A stretch of 64,000 bases of DNA, taken from contig CM119378.1 of the NCBI GenBank assembly GCA_051294905.1, positions 2,048,001-2,112,000 of the forward strand, in the 5' to 3' direction. The DNA comes from Botryllus schlosseri (Eukaryota). Each line of letters starts with the position of its first letter. The stretch's first letter is position 1. Of this stretch, positions 23,601-38,600 are shown in pieces. Position numbers and translations under genes: made by a program. The notes under the pieces are model-generated. The model did not search any database, had not been told where the DNA came from, and saw nothing but the letters and a program-made list of their open reading frames with translations.

Positions 23601-26600
23601 CGTCTCATTTGTTTTAAAATTGACACTGTAGCCAATTTTTTTTGGCATGTCCCAGTGTGTTTCTGAAGTTTACGCTGTTTTGTTGGCTTTATATTTTTCG
23701 ATGATGACTAAATCCCCCCCCCTCTCTCTCTATTGCTTAATATTGTTGTACTAACCAATTTGTATACTTATAATTATAAATTGTTACCCTACTTCCAGTT
23801 ACAACTGATGGTCTGACATCAATAATGAATATGGCTTTAGTACAGGGGCGACCAACCCGTGGCCCGCAAGGTGATTTTCGAAATTATAGTAACATTATCA
23901 AAAATGGATTGCCCAGATTGTTAACTTACAAGGCCAACGAAAAATTTGATTAGTCATGGATGTGACCACTAAAATATCAGTTCCGACACATTGGCAGATC
24001 CATGGGCCAGTCACGTTTTTGGTGTAGACCTTGGTACATTATAATAAAGCAGAATATTCTACGGTAGATTTACGGTATCTAAAGTAAAAATTTTCTTCCT
24101 GCTTCACGAACGGCCGCAATATGTTATTGTCACTCGATTTCTTGCTTTTAATATTGTTACCCCCCTCCTGAAAATGAAAGAATGCCTAATAATGTACCAG
24201 ATTGAGTCTAACTATATTCACAATTACGAGCCCATGTGTCGTCCAACATGCGACCTTGCGTTTGTGCTCGCACAAAGACCGTCGACAATGAAAATTAAGC
24301 ATTAAATGATTGACGCATGTTGGCCGAAGCTTTCGATATTGATATGTCCGGGCGCCGAATAGTCCATTCCATGCAAACTGAGCCCAGCGATATACAACAG
24401 ACCCTCAATACGCTCAAATAACAATATTATTGACATATAAACTTTGAAAAATTTTCGCGCTGCGTGCGGCTAGTCGCTCGTGCAATGGTTCGTCAATTGC
24501 ATGTGGCACTTTGGCCGAAAAGGCTGGCCACCTCTGTTTTAGTAGTAGGTATTGGTTGCATAGAACCAACGCGGTATTCTTTTCATTAATAAAGACAGAC
24601 AGATACTACAACTGTGCCTGAATGACAATGCACCCAGATGAGAAGTGTTGAAAATAATTGATAACATGCAACAAAGCACTGCATATGTATATTAATAGCT
24701 ATTCAGCATTGATGTGTAGGCCTACATTATTTACTTGACTTTGAGATGTACATTCTTGTTCACTTCTCCCGCTATTTCCTTATGCTTCTTCCTTTGTTGT
24801 TTTAGCTATTAGTTAAGCGTCTGTTGGTCAATTTTCTCCAATTGTCAGTATCACACAAAAGAAATTCAGGAAAGAAGTTGTTAGCTGTAGGTTAATGATC
24901 TATTCTTTCCCGTTCTTTGATCACAGCTTCAGCTTCGCACAACAATAGGGAATTATGTTATTTGTTTTGAGACTTGGTATCTTGAGGCTAATGTAATTCC
25001 GTAAATCAACTTTAGCGGTATATTTTCAAAAGAGTCGTTTGTTTGATTTGCACATTCTTGGAGTAAAGAGTTATACATGAAAAAGAAACGTAGATAATTG
25101 TCCGATAACACATCTGCCTTTGGAATGGGATATTTGCTTCTATAGCCTAATGGCGAGGTACAAAATGTGTAGGTGGATTACGGTAGCCTGATGTTTTTTA
25201 TTAATGCGCATTGTGATCAAGCGCCCAATCGACCAATATTTATCGGTGGATCATGATCATATTGCATGGAAAAATCAGATACTAGGCTTATCTGCATTAC
25301 ATATTCTTTTGATCTTTTGATTTACGCTCAACTGCCTGTTATGTTCCAAATATCGAGAAATCTTCATGTGCGCTTATGTCAATAATTGACAAGTCCTTTC
25401 CTGGATCATCCTAGGCTATCAAATTTATCCATGAATAGTGAGACAGCGGGACACCCTGCTCCAATGTATTACACATAAGCCTAATGTGTCCTATGTATAC
25501 ATGGGAGTATAGTAACTTATGATGATCAAGAATTGATTATCAAGTGATACATTACTTCCTGGCTATCCTATTTTTCAATAAAGGAAAATAGAGATGACGC
25601 ATTTGTGAATAGGGGGACAAAATAGTTCAATGTATTGTAGTACATATAAATATACACATACCTTAAGTCTAATTCGTCCTATATATAGCCTACATTGGAG
25701 CATTGTAATTTATGAATTGAATTATTAGTGACATTATATATATTACCTACATTTTATAACCTTACAGACCGTCACCAGTCCGTCCAGAAAAGAACATTCA
25801 CAAGATGGATGAATTCACATCTACGAAAGGTGAGATCACAGCGAGCTATCATCAAACCGTACCTGTATAAGAAATATATTGCACTTGACTTGAAGACGCT
25901 ACTGTTTTACTGCTATATTTTTGAAACATTGAGTAATACTTATAGGCATACATCTGCTTTATTGGCATCAGTGGATATTGTCAGACTTAACAGACTGCGA
26001 ATCTAGGTACCGTAGTTGACGGTCAACTGACTACTTACTTTTTTGCAGTAGTTCTGGTTCTAGTTGCGAATTTTGAAAAGTGAGTACCGGTAGTTCTAGT
26101 CTATTTTAAAAATCTGAATATCGCGATGGCGAACTGTGTACGGAGTTGAAATTGCTGACTTTATTCTTGTGCCCTTGCAGTGGCGACCTCCCATGGAGAT
26201 TACAGATCTATTCGAAGACATCAAAGACGGAACCAAACTCATTGCGCTGCTGCAGATTCTGTCCGGGGAGAGAATGGTACGTTGGGATTTTCGAGCTGAC
26301 ATGTTGCGTTGCAATACATGCGGCTGCTTTGCGTCGTAATACTATCATCCAGGCTTTTCCGAATTTGAATAAAATTAGAGTTACGACTACACGGTTTATT
26401 TCCGAATTCGATTAGAATTAGGATTGCTGAATTCGCAAAAACATAGACACTCGTTTAAACTCCGTGCTGGAATGAGATACAACAAAAATCAAGTGCAGCT
26501 TGTATCGAAGCAGAGTAGATTCTTAGAAGCATAAAAATTACAGATATCTGTACAGCAAGCTTGGCTCGTTTAGCACCTTACAGTTCTTCTGCGGCATTTT

Positions 26601-29600
26601 CATTTATCATCATTAATCAACTTTTCGCTTAATAATGAACCATTTGAATGAGTGCTGTATCATGGTGTCGACTTTTTTTCAGGTGACAGAAACCAGCCGG
26701 AAATCAAAGCGCGTCGGTTATCTCACAAATATTCAAAATGCCCTACAGTTATTAGAGTCAAAAAAGGTAACATTTTGTTGTTATCATATTTTGTTGAGCT
26801 TGAGCAGCCTGCAGCAGCGGATTTTGAGGTAAATTTCATAAAGAATTAAATTTCCCTGTTTGTTAAAACGGGATGATGTACAATAGGGCCCTAATCACAA
26901 TGATTGTCACAAGCAAGACTCACTTTAATTGCCTCACTAGATTTGAAATAACATACCTAACGAGGAAATTGATCAATATGACACTCTCTCATAGCCTTGC
27001 ATGCAAGGATTGTGAGATTTTTCTTGTAAAAGACCATTTCTGGAAGAGAAGTTTGGTCTTCTAAGCGAATGACTACGTCCTAACTGTTTTGCAGATCAAA
27101 CTTGTCAATATCAACGCGGCAGATGTCGTCGATGGCAAGCCGTCCATTGTTCTCGGTCTTTTGTGGTCAATTATTTTATACTTCCAGGTGAGACACATGT
27201 AATAAACTAGCCTGTCTATTTCCCAGCATTGTGTAAATTCTGTATGTAAAATGGCAAACTGTTCGCTGATAACAATGAATCCAATTCTCTATCAATGCTT
27301 CAGATATATCGAATTAAATTCCTACCGTAACTAACCACTTTTCCAATCGGGGCCTATCAGATTGGGTGCTTACATCAGTTATTAATGAGGGACTGCTAAT
27401 CATATAGAACTACTGCAAAAAACTCTTTGGATTTCCAAAGCAGTGTGCATGATGTAGCTAAATGTTATGTATAACATCAATTGATAAGCACCAGAGACTC
27501 CTTGCTTGAAGTAGGCTTCTTTACAGGTTTCGAATGAAATCACAATATATTTTATGGAATTAGGATAGAAAATATGATAGATGTATAAATTTTTTCTTAT
27601 TAATCTTGAACTTTTAGTAGTTAATCACCTTCTATAATGTTTCATGATATGCGATACTAACATGGCCGTGTTGCAATTTCAAAGATTCGACAAACCCTCT
27701 TGCCTATACTGACGGTGAGTAAGGATTCTGCATGCGGATTACCCTTCATTTCATGCATCCCTGTCTCGTCACTTCATCTGTCACGCCACCATCATGTAGT
27801 GTTTTGTGTTGTGCAATATGTTGTTTTGTGTAGGATTATACACTGGTGTCGTGAATATCAATTTGTTAATTGATCATCGGGGTTGTAATCAAGTCACAAG
27901 GCTCCGAGTCGCGAGTCAATCTCACTTTTATAACTTTCAATTCACCACCGAGTCAAGTCCGAGTCCAAGTCAGCGAGCAGTCTTGTTCTTGGGAGTCTCG
28001 AGTCATATGACTTGGTTCGAGTCATGCGCAATGACTCGAGTTCAAGTCGAGTCGATACGCAGATTTACTCGAGTCGAGTCATTTCCGTATTTTGAGAAAA
28101 TGACTCGAGTCAAGTCGAGTCGTCAGAAAATCGTGACTCGAGTCGAGTCATTACAACCCTGTGGATCACCCTGATGTAAACGTCTGGACAAGATTGCTAT
28201 GATGTTAATAGTGATGGAGTAGGATTGGGCAAATGTAGTGCCTTAAGGATTCGTTTATGAATCAAGTATTAGAGTATTACTCATTACTTTGGCGAATTTT
28301 TCTTTTCCTAAAAACGAAAGATTTTGACCTGAAAATCAAAATTTTGACGTTTTTTTACCTTAAAAACTTAATGCTGTGAAAATTTTGCCCTTGTGTATGT
28401 CAATTGGGTGTTTTCGCACATAAGGTTAGAATTGTACTATTTATCATCATTTCTGGTTCGAACCGTCTGTCCTTGCGAAGTAGTTTGGCCTGAAAAAACT
28501 GCCACACTACTAAGTACAAAATCTCATCGACATAGTAATTTGCCTGCATATTGCTCACTCACATTGCGTTATTTCACGAAATTTCACAGCACCTGACTGA
28601 GTGAGGCAATTTTAATCGCCGACTGCGTCTTTAATTTTTCATGTGCCATGAAAAATCTGAACCATATTAGCGACTGTTGATACTTTTGCGTTCATCGCTT
28701 AAGATAGTAGTTTCAATATACAATTCTATAATAAGCCTATATTTATATGGAAGTAAACCAGAATATCGTCGCCAACTAGTAGAGAGTTGTAAAGGTCTTT
28801 GAGAGAGGACAACACTATTCGCTGACAATTACCCCCACACTTTCGTTTGGGTGCCTTGGAGTCGACTTTTATCAAAATATGCCAACCAAGGCTGTGCCTA
28901 CATCTAAAAATAGTACATTAAGCTTAAGCCATCTCTTCACTCCGATTAGTCGAAATTTCATGCCGGTGACGTCATATTTTGTGATACGATTGTTGAGATA
29001 CAATGTTCTTTCCAATTCTCTACTAGTTGCTGACGATTACCCCTGACGAGTGTCAGCCGAAAATATTCGGGTTCATGTCAATATGAATCTATTGTACTGC
29101 TGTACACTGAAGTTCTGCGCCTACAAGAGTCTTCAAGTAGTTTCAATACCAGGTCAAATGTGATTTGCACCTTGGCTCGAGAGTGTAATATGAAAGGTTC
29201 TCTCTCCCGATGAATAAATATATTCAATTTCAGTTTCACCAAGACACAGGCCCACATTTATAGATTGAGCACTACGCTATAGAAACGCACATTCACCGTA
29301 AGCTTCAATTATTCTGATCATTGAACACATGTTTGTGGCAGAGAAATTGCACCAGTATCGGGGAACGATCTCGTAATGAATAATTTATGTAATGTGTTGT
29401 TTCCTTGAGTTCCATTTATTATTCAAAAATACCCTTTTTTCCGGGATTCACTGATTACTATGTTGCTTAAAAAATGCTGCACACCAAATTTGCCTCGATT
29501 TCAACTGGTAGAACACGCATTAGTTTGGAAATTTAAGATTAATTATAAACAATTTTTCAAAAAATTTCCAAATTTTACTGTCAACCCAATGAAATTGTTG

Positions 29601-32600
29601 AATTGTCTAAAGAAAGATGATTAAGAATTTTTGCTCATTTCCAAGTTTAAGCGAAGTTATTGCAGTTGAAAATTTCGGATTCGTAAAAATAGCCTGGACA
29701 GTTGGTAATCCTAGAATTATTGCAAAAAAACTCAGTTATCTTCGCATCTGCGGGCTGGAATTGCGTCAAATTTGTTTTGCATCGTTTTTGTAGACAACTC
29801 AAACCATTTCGTGCGGTTGACGGTAAAATTCGGAAACACAATTTTTAATAATAAATTCTAAATTTTCAAACTCCTGTGCGTTCACATCTACCATTGGGAA
29901 TCGAGCCAAATTTGGTGAGCAACCTAACTATATGATCAGTGAATCCCCAGAATTCGGAAAAAAAATTATTTTTGAACAACCCCAATGTTTGTGCAAGGCC
30001 TCGGAAGTGAAGCAACCTCGGAATTGCTACGAGTAATATATTTAATCTGGATAAGTAGTTCTTAAACTTTTTTGATGACGGACCCCTTTAAGTTTTGCGG
30101 GCGGTTAACTGTACCCCCAAAATTCTAGAAGCCAACGGCTAAAATATATGAAAAAGGCCGTCACGTCAAGCTCAACTATATGTAGGCTATTCCATGCCTA
30201 AAATATGATAACTAAACTAGACTAGCAAGGTAGTAATATTCCCAGTGACCGCATCATTACCAAAGGATAATTATCTGGTAACTTGATGATGCTGTTCAAC
30301 CAACATTGTTCTAAACCTAGTTCACGATCCCCAGTTTAGAAACCCCTGATCTAGATGAACCAGAATTAATAGTAAGCCGTCTTTGTGCATCTACAGATCG
30401 AACAACTAACCGGGAACTTGCCTCTCTCCGGTGAACTGTCCACCAGCACCTCGAGCTTAGATTCCATGTCCAGCGGCCCGCCTCAAAAACGAAGAACTGG
30501 CGCTAAATCAAAATGGAAAGGTGCGGCCAAAAAAGCACTTTTACAGTGGGTGAAAAAGAAAACCGCAAAGTAAGATTGTTATTGTGTATTGTGAGCAATG
30601 CAACAGGCCTAAAGCTATTATTATCGCATTTTGCATCAATATCACTTTATTACTGTTTTCATCATTTCAAAACACTACACAAGACTGCGATACATTGAAA
30701 AGATAGAAAGGTGTCGAAACGACTTGGAGTAGTTTTTGAAATCAGACACCCGCCTAGACCTAGGCGATGTAAATAAGAAGTATGCACACTAGGGGTCTTC
30801 AAAAATGACTGTTTTTCTCAGATTGTACTGGCTACTTGATAAAATTGTTAGGTTATCTAATTTAAGCCTACACACCAAATTTGGTTCAATTCCGGCCAGT
30901 AGCCGCATTGCTACAGGAGAAAAAAGTTTCTATTTATTATATAAAAATAAATTACCAAAAATTTCAAAATTTTCTGTTCACCCCATGAAAGTGTGAGGTT
31001 GTTTATAGAAACGATGCTCACCAAATTGGGTTCAATTCCAACCAGTGGAAGCGGAGTTATTGCCGTTGGATAATTTGGATCATCAATAAAATAGTATTTA
31101 CGGTGACCAATTCTTTGATTATTTATTATAGGTGTGCCCACCGTAATTACTATTTTATTCAAATCCAAATTTTCGACGGCAATGACTCCGCTTCCACTGG
31201 TTGGAATTGAACCCAATTTGGTGTGTAGGCTTAAATTAGGTAACCTAACAATTTTATCAAGTTGCCAGTACAATTTGAGAAAAAAAAGTCATTTTTGAAG
31301 ACCCCCAAAGGCCCCAATGCACACTGGATGGAAAAGAAACAAGACATAGCATGATAGGACTAGCGTTGAAATGACGCATGTGTCGATAAGTGCGGTTGAT
31401 ATGTCAGATTAAAGTCTGGTAATCTTGCGAGCTGATAGTGATCATGTTGCCTAGATTGCTCAAAAACCTTTTTTTTTGCACGGGAAACTGTGAGGTTGTT
31501 TAAAAAATGCTGCACATAAAATTTGGCTCGATTCCGACCCGCTGAAGCGAAGTTATGAAAGTCGAAAATTCTGGATTTGACAAAAATTCGATGCCGAAAA
31601 ACTGTTGCTGCTCAGTACTAGCTGCTGACGATTACCCCTGGCGAGTGTCAGCCGAAAATATTCGAATTATTTCTATCTGTATGTACTTGTCAATTGTATA
31701 TAGAATTACTGTACCTTCATCTTTATAATTGCTGGAACAAAAAAAATAGTGCTATATATATGAAATGAATTTGACACCGATTATGTTGAAAAAAGTAAAT
31801 TATATTGTAAGAAAAATCACGGAAAATTGCGATGGCTGCGCCAAGATTCCAAAAAATATTCTTTGGCACGTGACCAGAAATTGGCGACTATGATTAGACG
31901 AGATAATTCTAGTTATCTGATTTTACTAATTGTATTTTAATTCTAATTCCAATTGTAATCTAATCTGTGAAATGTTTCTACGTTCCAATTCTAAACCAAT
32001 TTCTGGATTCCTTGAAAATGCTACGAGAGAACTGTGTATTGCGAAACAAGCCATGCTTACGAGGCTGAACTCTGATCTGATACCAGCTGAACTTGATTTT
32101 AATCTACCGTAATTTGGAATAGACTGTTTAGCTATAACTTTAAATCTAATCTAATTTGGAAAAATTGTGTTGCTGTAATTCTTATTTGAATCTAATTTAG
32201 AAAAACTGAAAATTGTTGACAAACTCTGACTATGATGTTATGATATTACGGGCACTGAAGTCATCATAGGCCCGATAACAAACTCACTGCCGCTATCCAC
32301 ATAAAACGATGTATTATTACCAAATATACTGCAAGTTTGTTGTGCACTGCCTTTCAATCCTCGCTGGAGACAGAATACAGAAGTTTCTCCATTATATAGC
32401 CGTGCACAAAGTCTCTCAAAGCGGCTGTCATTAGCGCCTTCCTGAGCCTCGAAGTTTTTTTTTGTCGAATTTTTGAGTTTGTCAGCTGGTTTTGAGGTGT
32501 TTTATAATTTTTTTTCCGTTTTGTCATTTTGTGCATTTTTATGGGTTTTCCGAATTTTGTACTTTTTTTTTGCGATTTTGTCGTTTTTTTCAACTTCGAC

Positions 32601-35600
32601 ATCAGTGCACACTTGTTGAAGACGGGTAGCTTCGGTTCTTAGAGCGGCTCTTGGAAGGCTCGGACAGCCTAAATATCGGAAGTCCGCAGTTCTTTAAATA
32701 GCCGACGCTTACCTTTATCTACCATTTGAGGTGACCATGACTCACATTGCTTGCCCACTCAGCTATAACGTGACGTGGGTCTGCTCTCTCCTTATCAACA
32801 CAACTTCTAATGACGCTATTGTGTGTGTACATAACGTTACGGCAATGCCGCGGCTGATTCATTTAACCGATATGCACTATTGACATTTCCTGTTGATTTA
32901 TTTATGACGACATTGTCTGGCTGTATTGAATGGATCGATGGATCGTTGAAGTATGCCGAATATTGATTATTATCTAACTTCTCTATTGCTCTACTTCTCT
33001 TTGTGCTAGTTGGGCCAGTGTGTTGGTTATTAAATCAGCTTCAATTGCAACTTAATACCTACTAATTATTAAATAGGTGACTGGCTGTACTAAACTTCAA
33101 TATTGATTTCATTGCCATAGCGGTACAATTTATTACCTAAGACACTTTTCACATGCCCCTGATCAGGAGTTAACTGCGCAATAACAAGCATACATACAGA
33201 CATTCGAATGAAAACCAAATTTGACAAAGTATGATGTAATTTTGAGACTGCAGTAACATACGTCCCGTTGTTGCGCTGTTCACTCTTGATAAGTGGTTCA
33301 AACCACTTTTTTCAACTCTGCTGAAGTGATGTGGAATGACTCGCATTCATAATATCGTAATTTTCCTCGGTCCTAACGGTTTCTGGCCCTATTTTCCGAG
33401 TATCAGGACTGATAGACGAAATACCAATCATGTGGTAACTTAACTATTCTTCGAAATTACCATGGAATGTAGGTCTTGGCCGTCCTAGTCTTGAGTCATG
33501 TGACTTGGTTCGAGTCATGTGAAATGACTCGAGTACAAGTCGAGTCGATACAAAAATTGACTCGAGTTGAGTACTCGGTTTTTCCCAGCGTTACTAGTCG
33601 TAATAAAATAGTGCAAGTAAAAAAATTGATGTGTACATCTTTATTCTGTAGTAATCCGGACGGATTGAATGTAGTTGTCAAAGATTTCGGACCAAGTTGG
33701 AGAGACGGAAAGGCTTTTAACAAGATGATCTACACAATTCGGCCCGAGCTCGTCGATCCGGAACAAATCGCGCAGAACTCAAACATACAGAACTTGGAGC
33801 ACGCCTTCGACACAGCCGAAAAGCATCTCGGCATTCCCAGACTTCTAGAGCCTGAAGGTTTGTGTGGAATGCTCTCAATGTTACGTTTCTGATTTTTCTA
33901 TCATGCTGTGTGGCTGTTTTTTCCTACATGTTATTTTGTTAGCTACTAATTAGCCGATCTCAAGTTTTTCATAATTTTTCAAATTCTACTATCAACCAGG
34001 GTTGTAACCAAGTCGCAAGGCTCCGAGTCACAAGTCAATCTCACTTGTATAGTTTGACTCGAGTCATTTGCAACTCATTACCGAGTCAAGTCCAAGTAAG
34101 CGAGCAGAGGGTCGAGTCCGAGTTATGGTATTATGACTCGAGTCCGGGTCCAAGTCATTGTGCTCAGTTTCCAGTTCAAATCTTGTTAAATCTACTTTTT
34201 ATAACTGTTTGGTGACATCGAATGGTTCGCATTTCTTAAATACTAATTTTCCTCACTTTTAGCAGTTTCTGATCGCATTTTCAAGTACCAGTACCAATAG
34301 ACGAAATCGCGATAATGAGGTTACCTTACTATTCTTCAAAATTACAAAGAAAAGTCGGTCTTGGCCGTCTGCGTCTCGAGTCATATGACTTGGCTGAACT
34401 CGAGACTCCACAATTTCACGGGGTTGACAGTAAACTTTGAATTTGAATACCGTATCTGGCCTGCGTGGACTTGCGATCACACAAGTCCTAATTTGAAAAC
34501 TTCAAAGTAAGATCACGCTTTTATTTCAGATGTCGACGTGGACAGGCCGGATGAAAAATCGATTATGACGTACGTCGCGCAATTTGTGAAAGGATTTTCA
34601 GAAGTGGGCGATATGAAAGATGACACGCCGCAGGTAAATTATCGCCGGTTATTTTACTGCGCTAAGGCACCGGGCAATCGAATGATGTCAATGCATCGTT
34701 TAGGTTGACGAAGACATCCTCCAATACGAAGAAGTGATGGAATATCTTCACGAGGCCGAAACAAAACTGGCGGACGTCCACAAGAGGTTCAGATACAGGA
34801 ATCAGGACTACGCCGACCGCTTGGAATTTCAGAAAGAATTCGACAAATTTGACGATCGGGTAAATCATTTTTTCCTATGGCTCTGATATGCGGAGTGAGA
34901 ACTGGAATATTTTCAGCTCTTCCAAATTGGAGTAGAATTAGAATGATAGCTGAATTGCTTGTTCTAAATTAGATTAGAATTAGAATTGTAGCTGCACAGA
35001 TCTTTTTCTGAATCGAATCAGAACTAGAATTATAGCTACACAGTTTATTCCAAATTAGGTTAGAATTAGAATTATAGCTATACAATTTGTTACATATTAG
35101 AATTAGATTACGATTAGAATTATAGCTACACAGTTTTTTTCCATTGAATCAGAACTAGAATTATAGCTACGCAGTTTGATTAAAATTAGAATTATAGCTA
35201 TACAATTGGTTCCATATTAGAATGAGATTAGACTTAGAATTATAGCTACACAGTTGTTTTTTTCGAATTGAATCAGAACTAGAATTATAGCTACGCAGTT
35301 AGTTCAATATTAGAATTATGACTATAGCTACACAGTTTTTTTTCTTCCGAATTGAATCAGAACTAGAATTATAGCTACGCAGTTAGTTCAATATTAGAAT
35401 TATGACTATAGCTACACAGTTTTTTTTTTCTTCCGAATTGAATCAGAACTAGAATTATAGCTACGCAGTTAGTTCAATATTAGAATTATGACTATAGCTA
35501 CACAGTTTTTTTTTTCTTCCGAATTGAATCAGAACTAGAATTATAGCTACGCAGTTTGTTCAATATCAGAATTAGGATTATAGCTACACATTTTTCTGCA

Positions 35601-38600
35601 TTAGATTAAAATTTAGAATTATAGCTATACAATTAGTTCCATATTAGAATGAGATTAGACTTAGAATTATAGCTACACAGTTGTTTTTTTCGAATTGAAT
35701 CAGAACTAGAATTATAGCTACGCAGTTTGTTCAATATTAGAATTAGAATTATAGCTACACAGTTGGTTCCAACTTATATTAGAATTAGAATTATAGCTAC
35801 CCATTTTTCCCGATTTCGATTAGAATTAGAGTTATAGCTACACAGTTTTTTCCTAATTTGATTTCACCTAAAATTAATGAATTCTCCAAAACTTTGAAAT
35901 CGAATTATACTCTGAATTAGAGAGAAATGCAACGGAAAATCAAGTTCACTACACAGCAACTTACGACTCATTGTTATCAGCATGATAATGACACATGCGG
36001 CATTTTCAGGAATACCTAAGATTATATCAGAATTAAAATGAGCCCATGGAACATTTCACCAAGAAGATGGCATTAAATTATTAGATTAAAGGCATTTCGC
36101 TCTAAATAGTCTAGTTGTCCAAGTCTACCGACATGGTTTTGTCTACACGCCTTGACCTTCTGTTTTACAGGCTCAATTACTGCGAGATAAATGGAGCAAT
36201 GGGCAAGCCTCTTCCATTACAGCGCAACAAATTGAAGAAATGGACAAACTTCTGGATAAGATCGAAAAATCTGGCAAGGTATGTTGATACTACTGATCCT
36301 TATAGACAGTTTTTAGTTTTTTATACACTACCAAACCTGGAATAGGAATACTCGCATTTTTTACGGAAATTTCTACGTCCCCTTGAGTACAGACGATGGC
36401 TGATTTGACCTCCTCTGCTCTCTGATTATATCTGCAAAATTTGCAACTACACTTTTTTAATCGCTTAGAAATGGCACCGAGAACTGGACAGCCGATTACC
36501 GGGACAGCTGGGCGAGGTCGGGGCCTGGCTACACGTCGCGGAAGAGGTTTTGTCTCGTCAATATGGTAACGAACAAAATCAACCGTCCGCGGACGCTATC
36601 AAAAAACAGATGGAGGACCACAGGGTATGTGGCAGAGAATATACTTTATCTTCACTCAGCAAAATCAGTAGTTTCTTCGACCATATTTTATCAATAGCAT
36701 ATATGACAAAATGTCTCTCCATATATATAAAAAACATGTCATGTTGTCCATCGGGATTCTTGCATGTAAAAAAATGACAGCATTCATGTTTTGTCTCTTT
36801 CTCAGGCCGTTTTCAAGAACAAAAGGATCATGGAGCAGATGTTTCAACGCAGCAGAAACACGAGGACTTCTCAAATGGGCCGGCAGCCCGCGATACCCAA
36901 AGAACAGCTGGACGATTTCGGTCAACGGTTTTCGCGTGAGTTATCGTTCGTGAACGATGTTCACCAAATTTGACTCAATTCTAACCAGTGGAAGCGGAGT
37001 TAGTGCCGTCGAAAAATTTGGATTTGAATAAAATAGTATTTACGGTGGGCACAACTATAATAAATAATCAAAGAAGCGGACACCGTAAATACTATTTTAT
37101 TCAAACCAAAATTTTTCGACGGCAATAACTCCGCTTCCAGTGGTTGGAATTGAGCCAAATTTGGTGAGCATCGTTTCTATAGACAACCTAGCAATTTCAT
37201 GGGGTGAACAGAAAATTGTGATTTTTTTTTCCATTCATTTTTATATAATAAATGAAAAACTTTCTTCTCCTGTAGCAATGCGGCTACTGGTTGGAATTGA
37301 ATCAAATTTGGTATGCAGGCTTCAATTAGGTAACCTAACAATTTTATCAAGTAGCCAGTAGAATTTGAGAGAAAAAGTCGTTTTGGAACACTCATAGAGT
37401 TCTGTACACTTCTGATTTCCATTGCGATGCGGGATGTTACAGATAAACCTCGGCCTTATATATTGTTTCGTTTCACAGGAATAAGTTCGGAGTCGTCTGC
37501 GCGAACGGCCAAGCTCGAGTTTCTGGACGCTCAAAATCAAGCCAGCGCCGTGCTCGCCGCCGCAGAGTCGATGCTCAAACCTTGGAGCGTGAAACCGGGG
37601 ACGAAAGAGTCCGTCGAGGACTTGCTCCGAAGCTTTCAGGTACTCCAAATTAAGTTTGTGCGCCTGCTGTCAGACTTTCATAACTTGAAATTTTCCAGAT
37701 TTACCAAATTAGATTAGAATTAGAATTACACCTACAAATTTTCTTTCAAATTACAGTAGAAATACAATAATAGCCACATAGTTTTTTTCCAAATTGGATC
37801 CAAATTTATATTACTGAATTTGCAGAATCTTGAACATTGAATCCAGTTCCGTTAATATCGAATTACATTTCATTCTTATGAGCTTGAGAATAGCAAATGT
37901 CTGTACAGCACGCTTGGCTCGCATTTTCAGGAAAACCATAAACTAGATTATAATTACAATGAGAACATTGAAACATTTCATGAAGTAGATTAGAATTAGA
38001 GAAACAAAGATTCACAAATTATATTTGAATTAGATCACCGGCGTTTCACTGTAATTAGTGGGGCAGTCTAATCCGTGGAAATTTGCATTTATTTTTCACA
38101 AAAGTTGCACTGAAAAGTTGCGTTTATGGACAAGCTCTTTGAAGTGATTGGGGTATGAGATACTCTAATCGATTCGTATCGAAGGCACTGTAGCGAAACT
38201 GAGTCTTGGCGACTTCAACAAAATCAATAGCCTGAAAAAAATTGCCCCAGTTAAAATATAATTTTTGGCGGTCTAACCTGAATGTTGTACGTCAAACCAG
38301 AAATGACCTCAAATTTAAACGACAGTGAAATAATCAGGCAGTCTATTTGCATACAGTGCCAAATATTTCCAGTAAAATGTTGGTTGCGTGAAAAATCGAA
38401 AAAAACTTGCAAAAATTTCATGAAAAATCGAAAAAGTTACAAAAAGTGGCATGAAAAAATGGAGAAAAATCGCAATGTAAAAACCCTCGAAACAGCTAAA
38501 AACACCATACTACATAACTTCTGAGTATTTAGGAAGCTGCCGGAAGCTGCAAAAAAAAGTTGCAATAGTTGCAAAAATTTTCCCTAGTAGTTAGTCTAAT

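Noticed and set aside
32340..32830. Possible alternative first exon or nested gene in nesprin intron 6
   Set aside because: GC-richer patch, but I could not establish a coherent reading frame or splice pair. The Lys-rich ORF comes from a T-rich low-complexity tract.
25768..34633. Dystrophin/utrophin, spectrin, alpha-actinin or plectin/MACF identity for the CH-domain gene
   Set aside because: The Ser-rich CH1-CH2 linker (IEQLTGNLP..SSLDS), the IILYFQ motif and downstream LD..LP..LG..GAWL are nesprin-type. SYNE1 versus a pre-duplication SYNE1/2 ancestor cannot be resolved here.
34920..35910. CRISPR-like array
   Set aside because: Eukaryotic intron, degenerate head-to-tail units without unique spacers, no cas genes.
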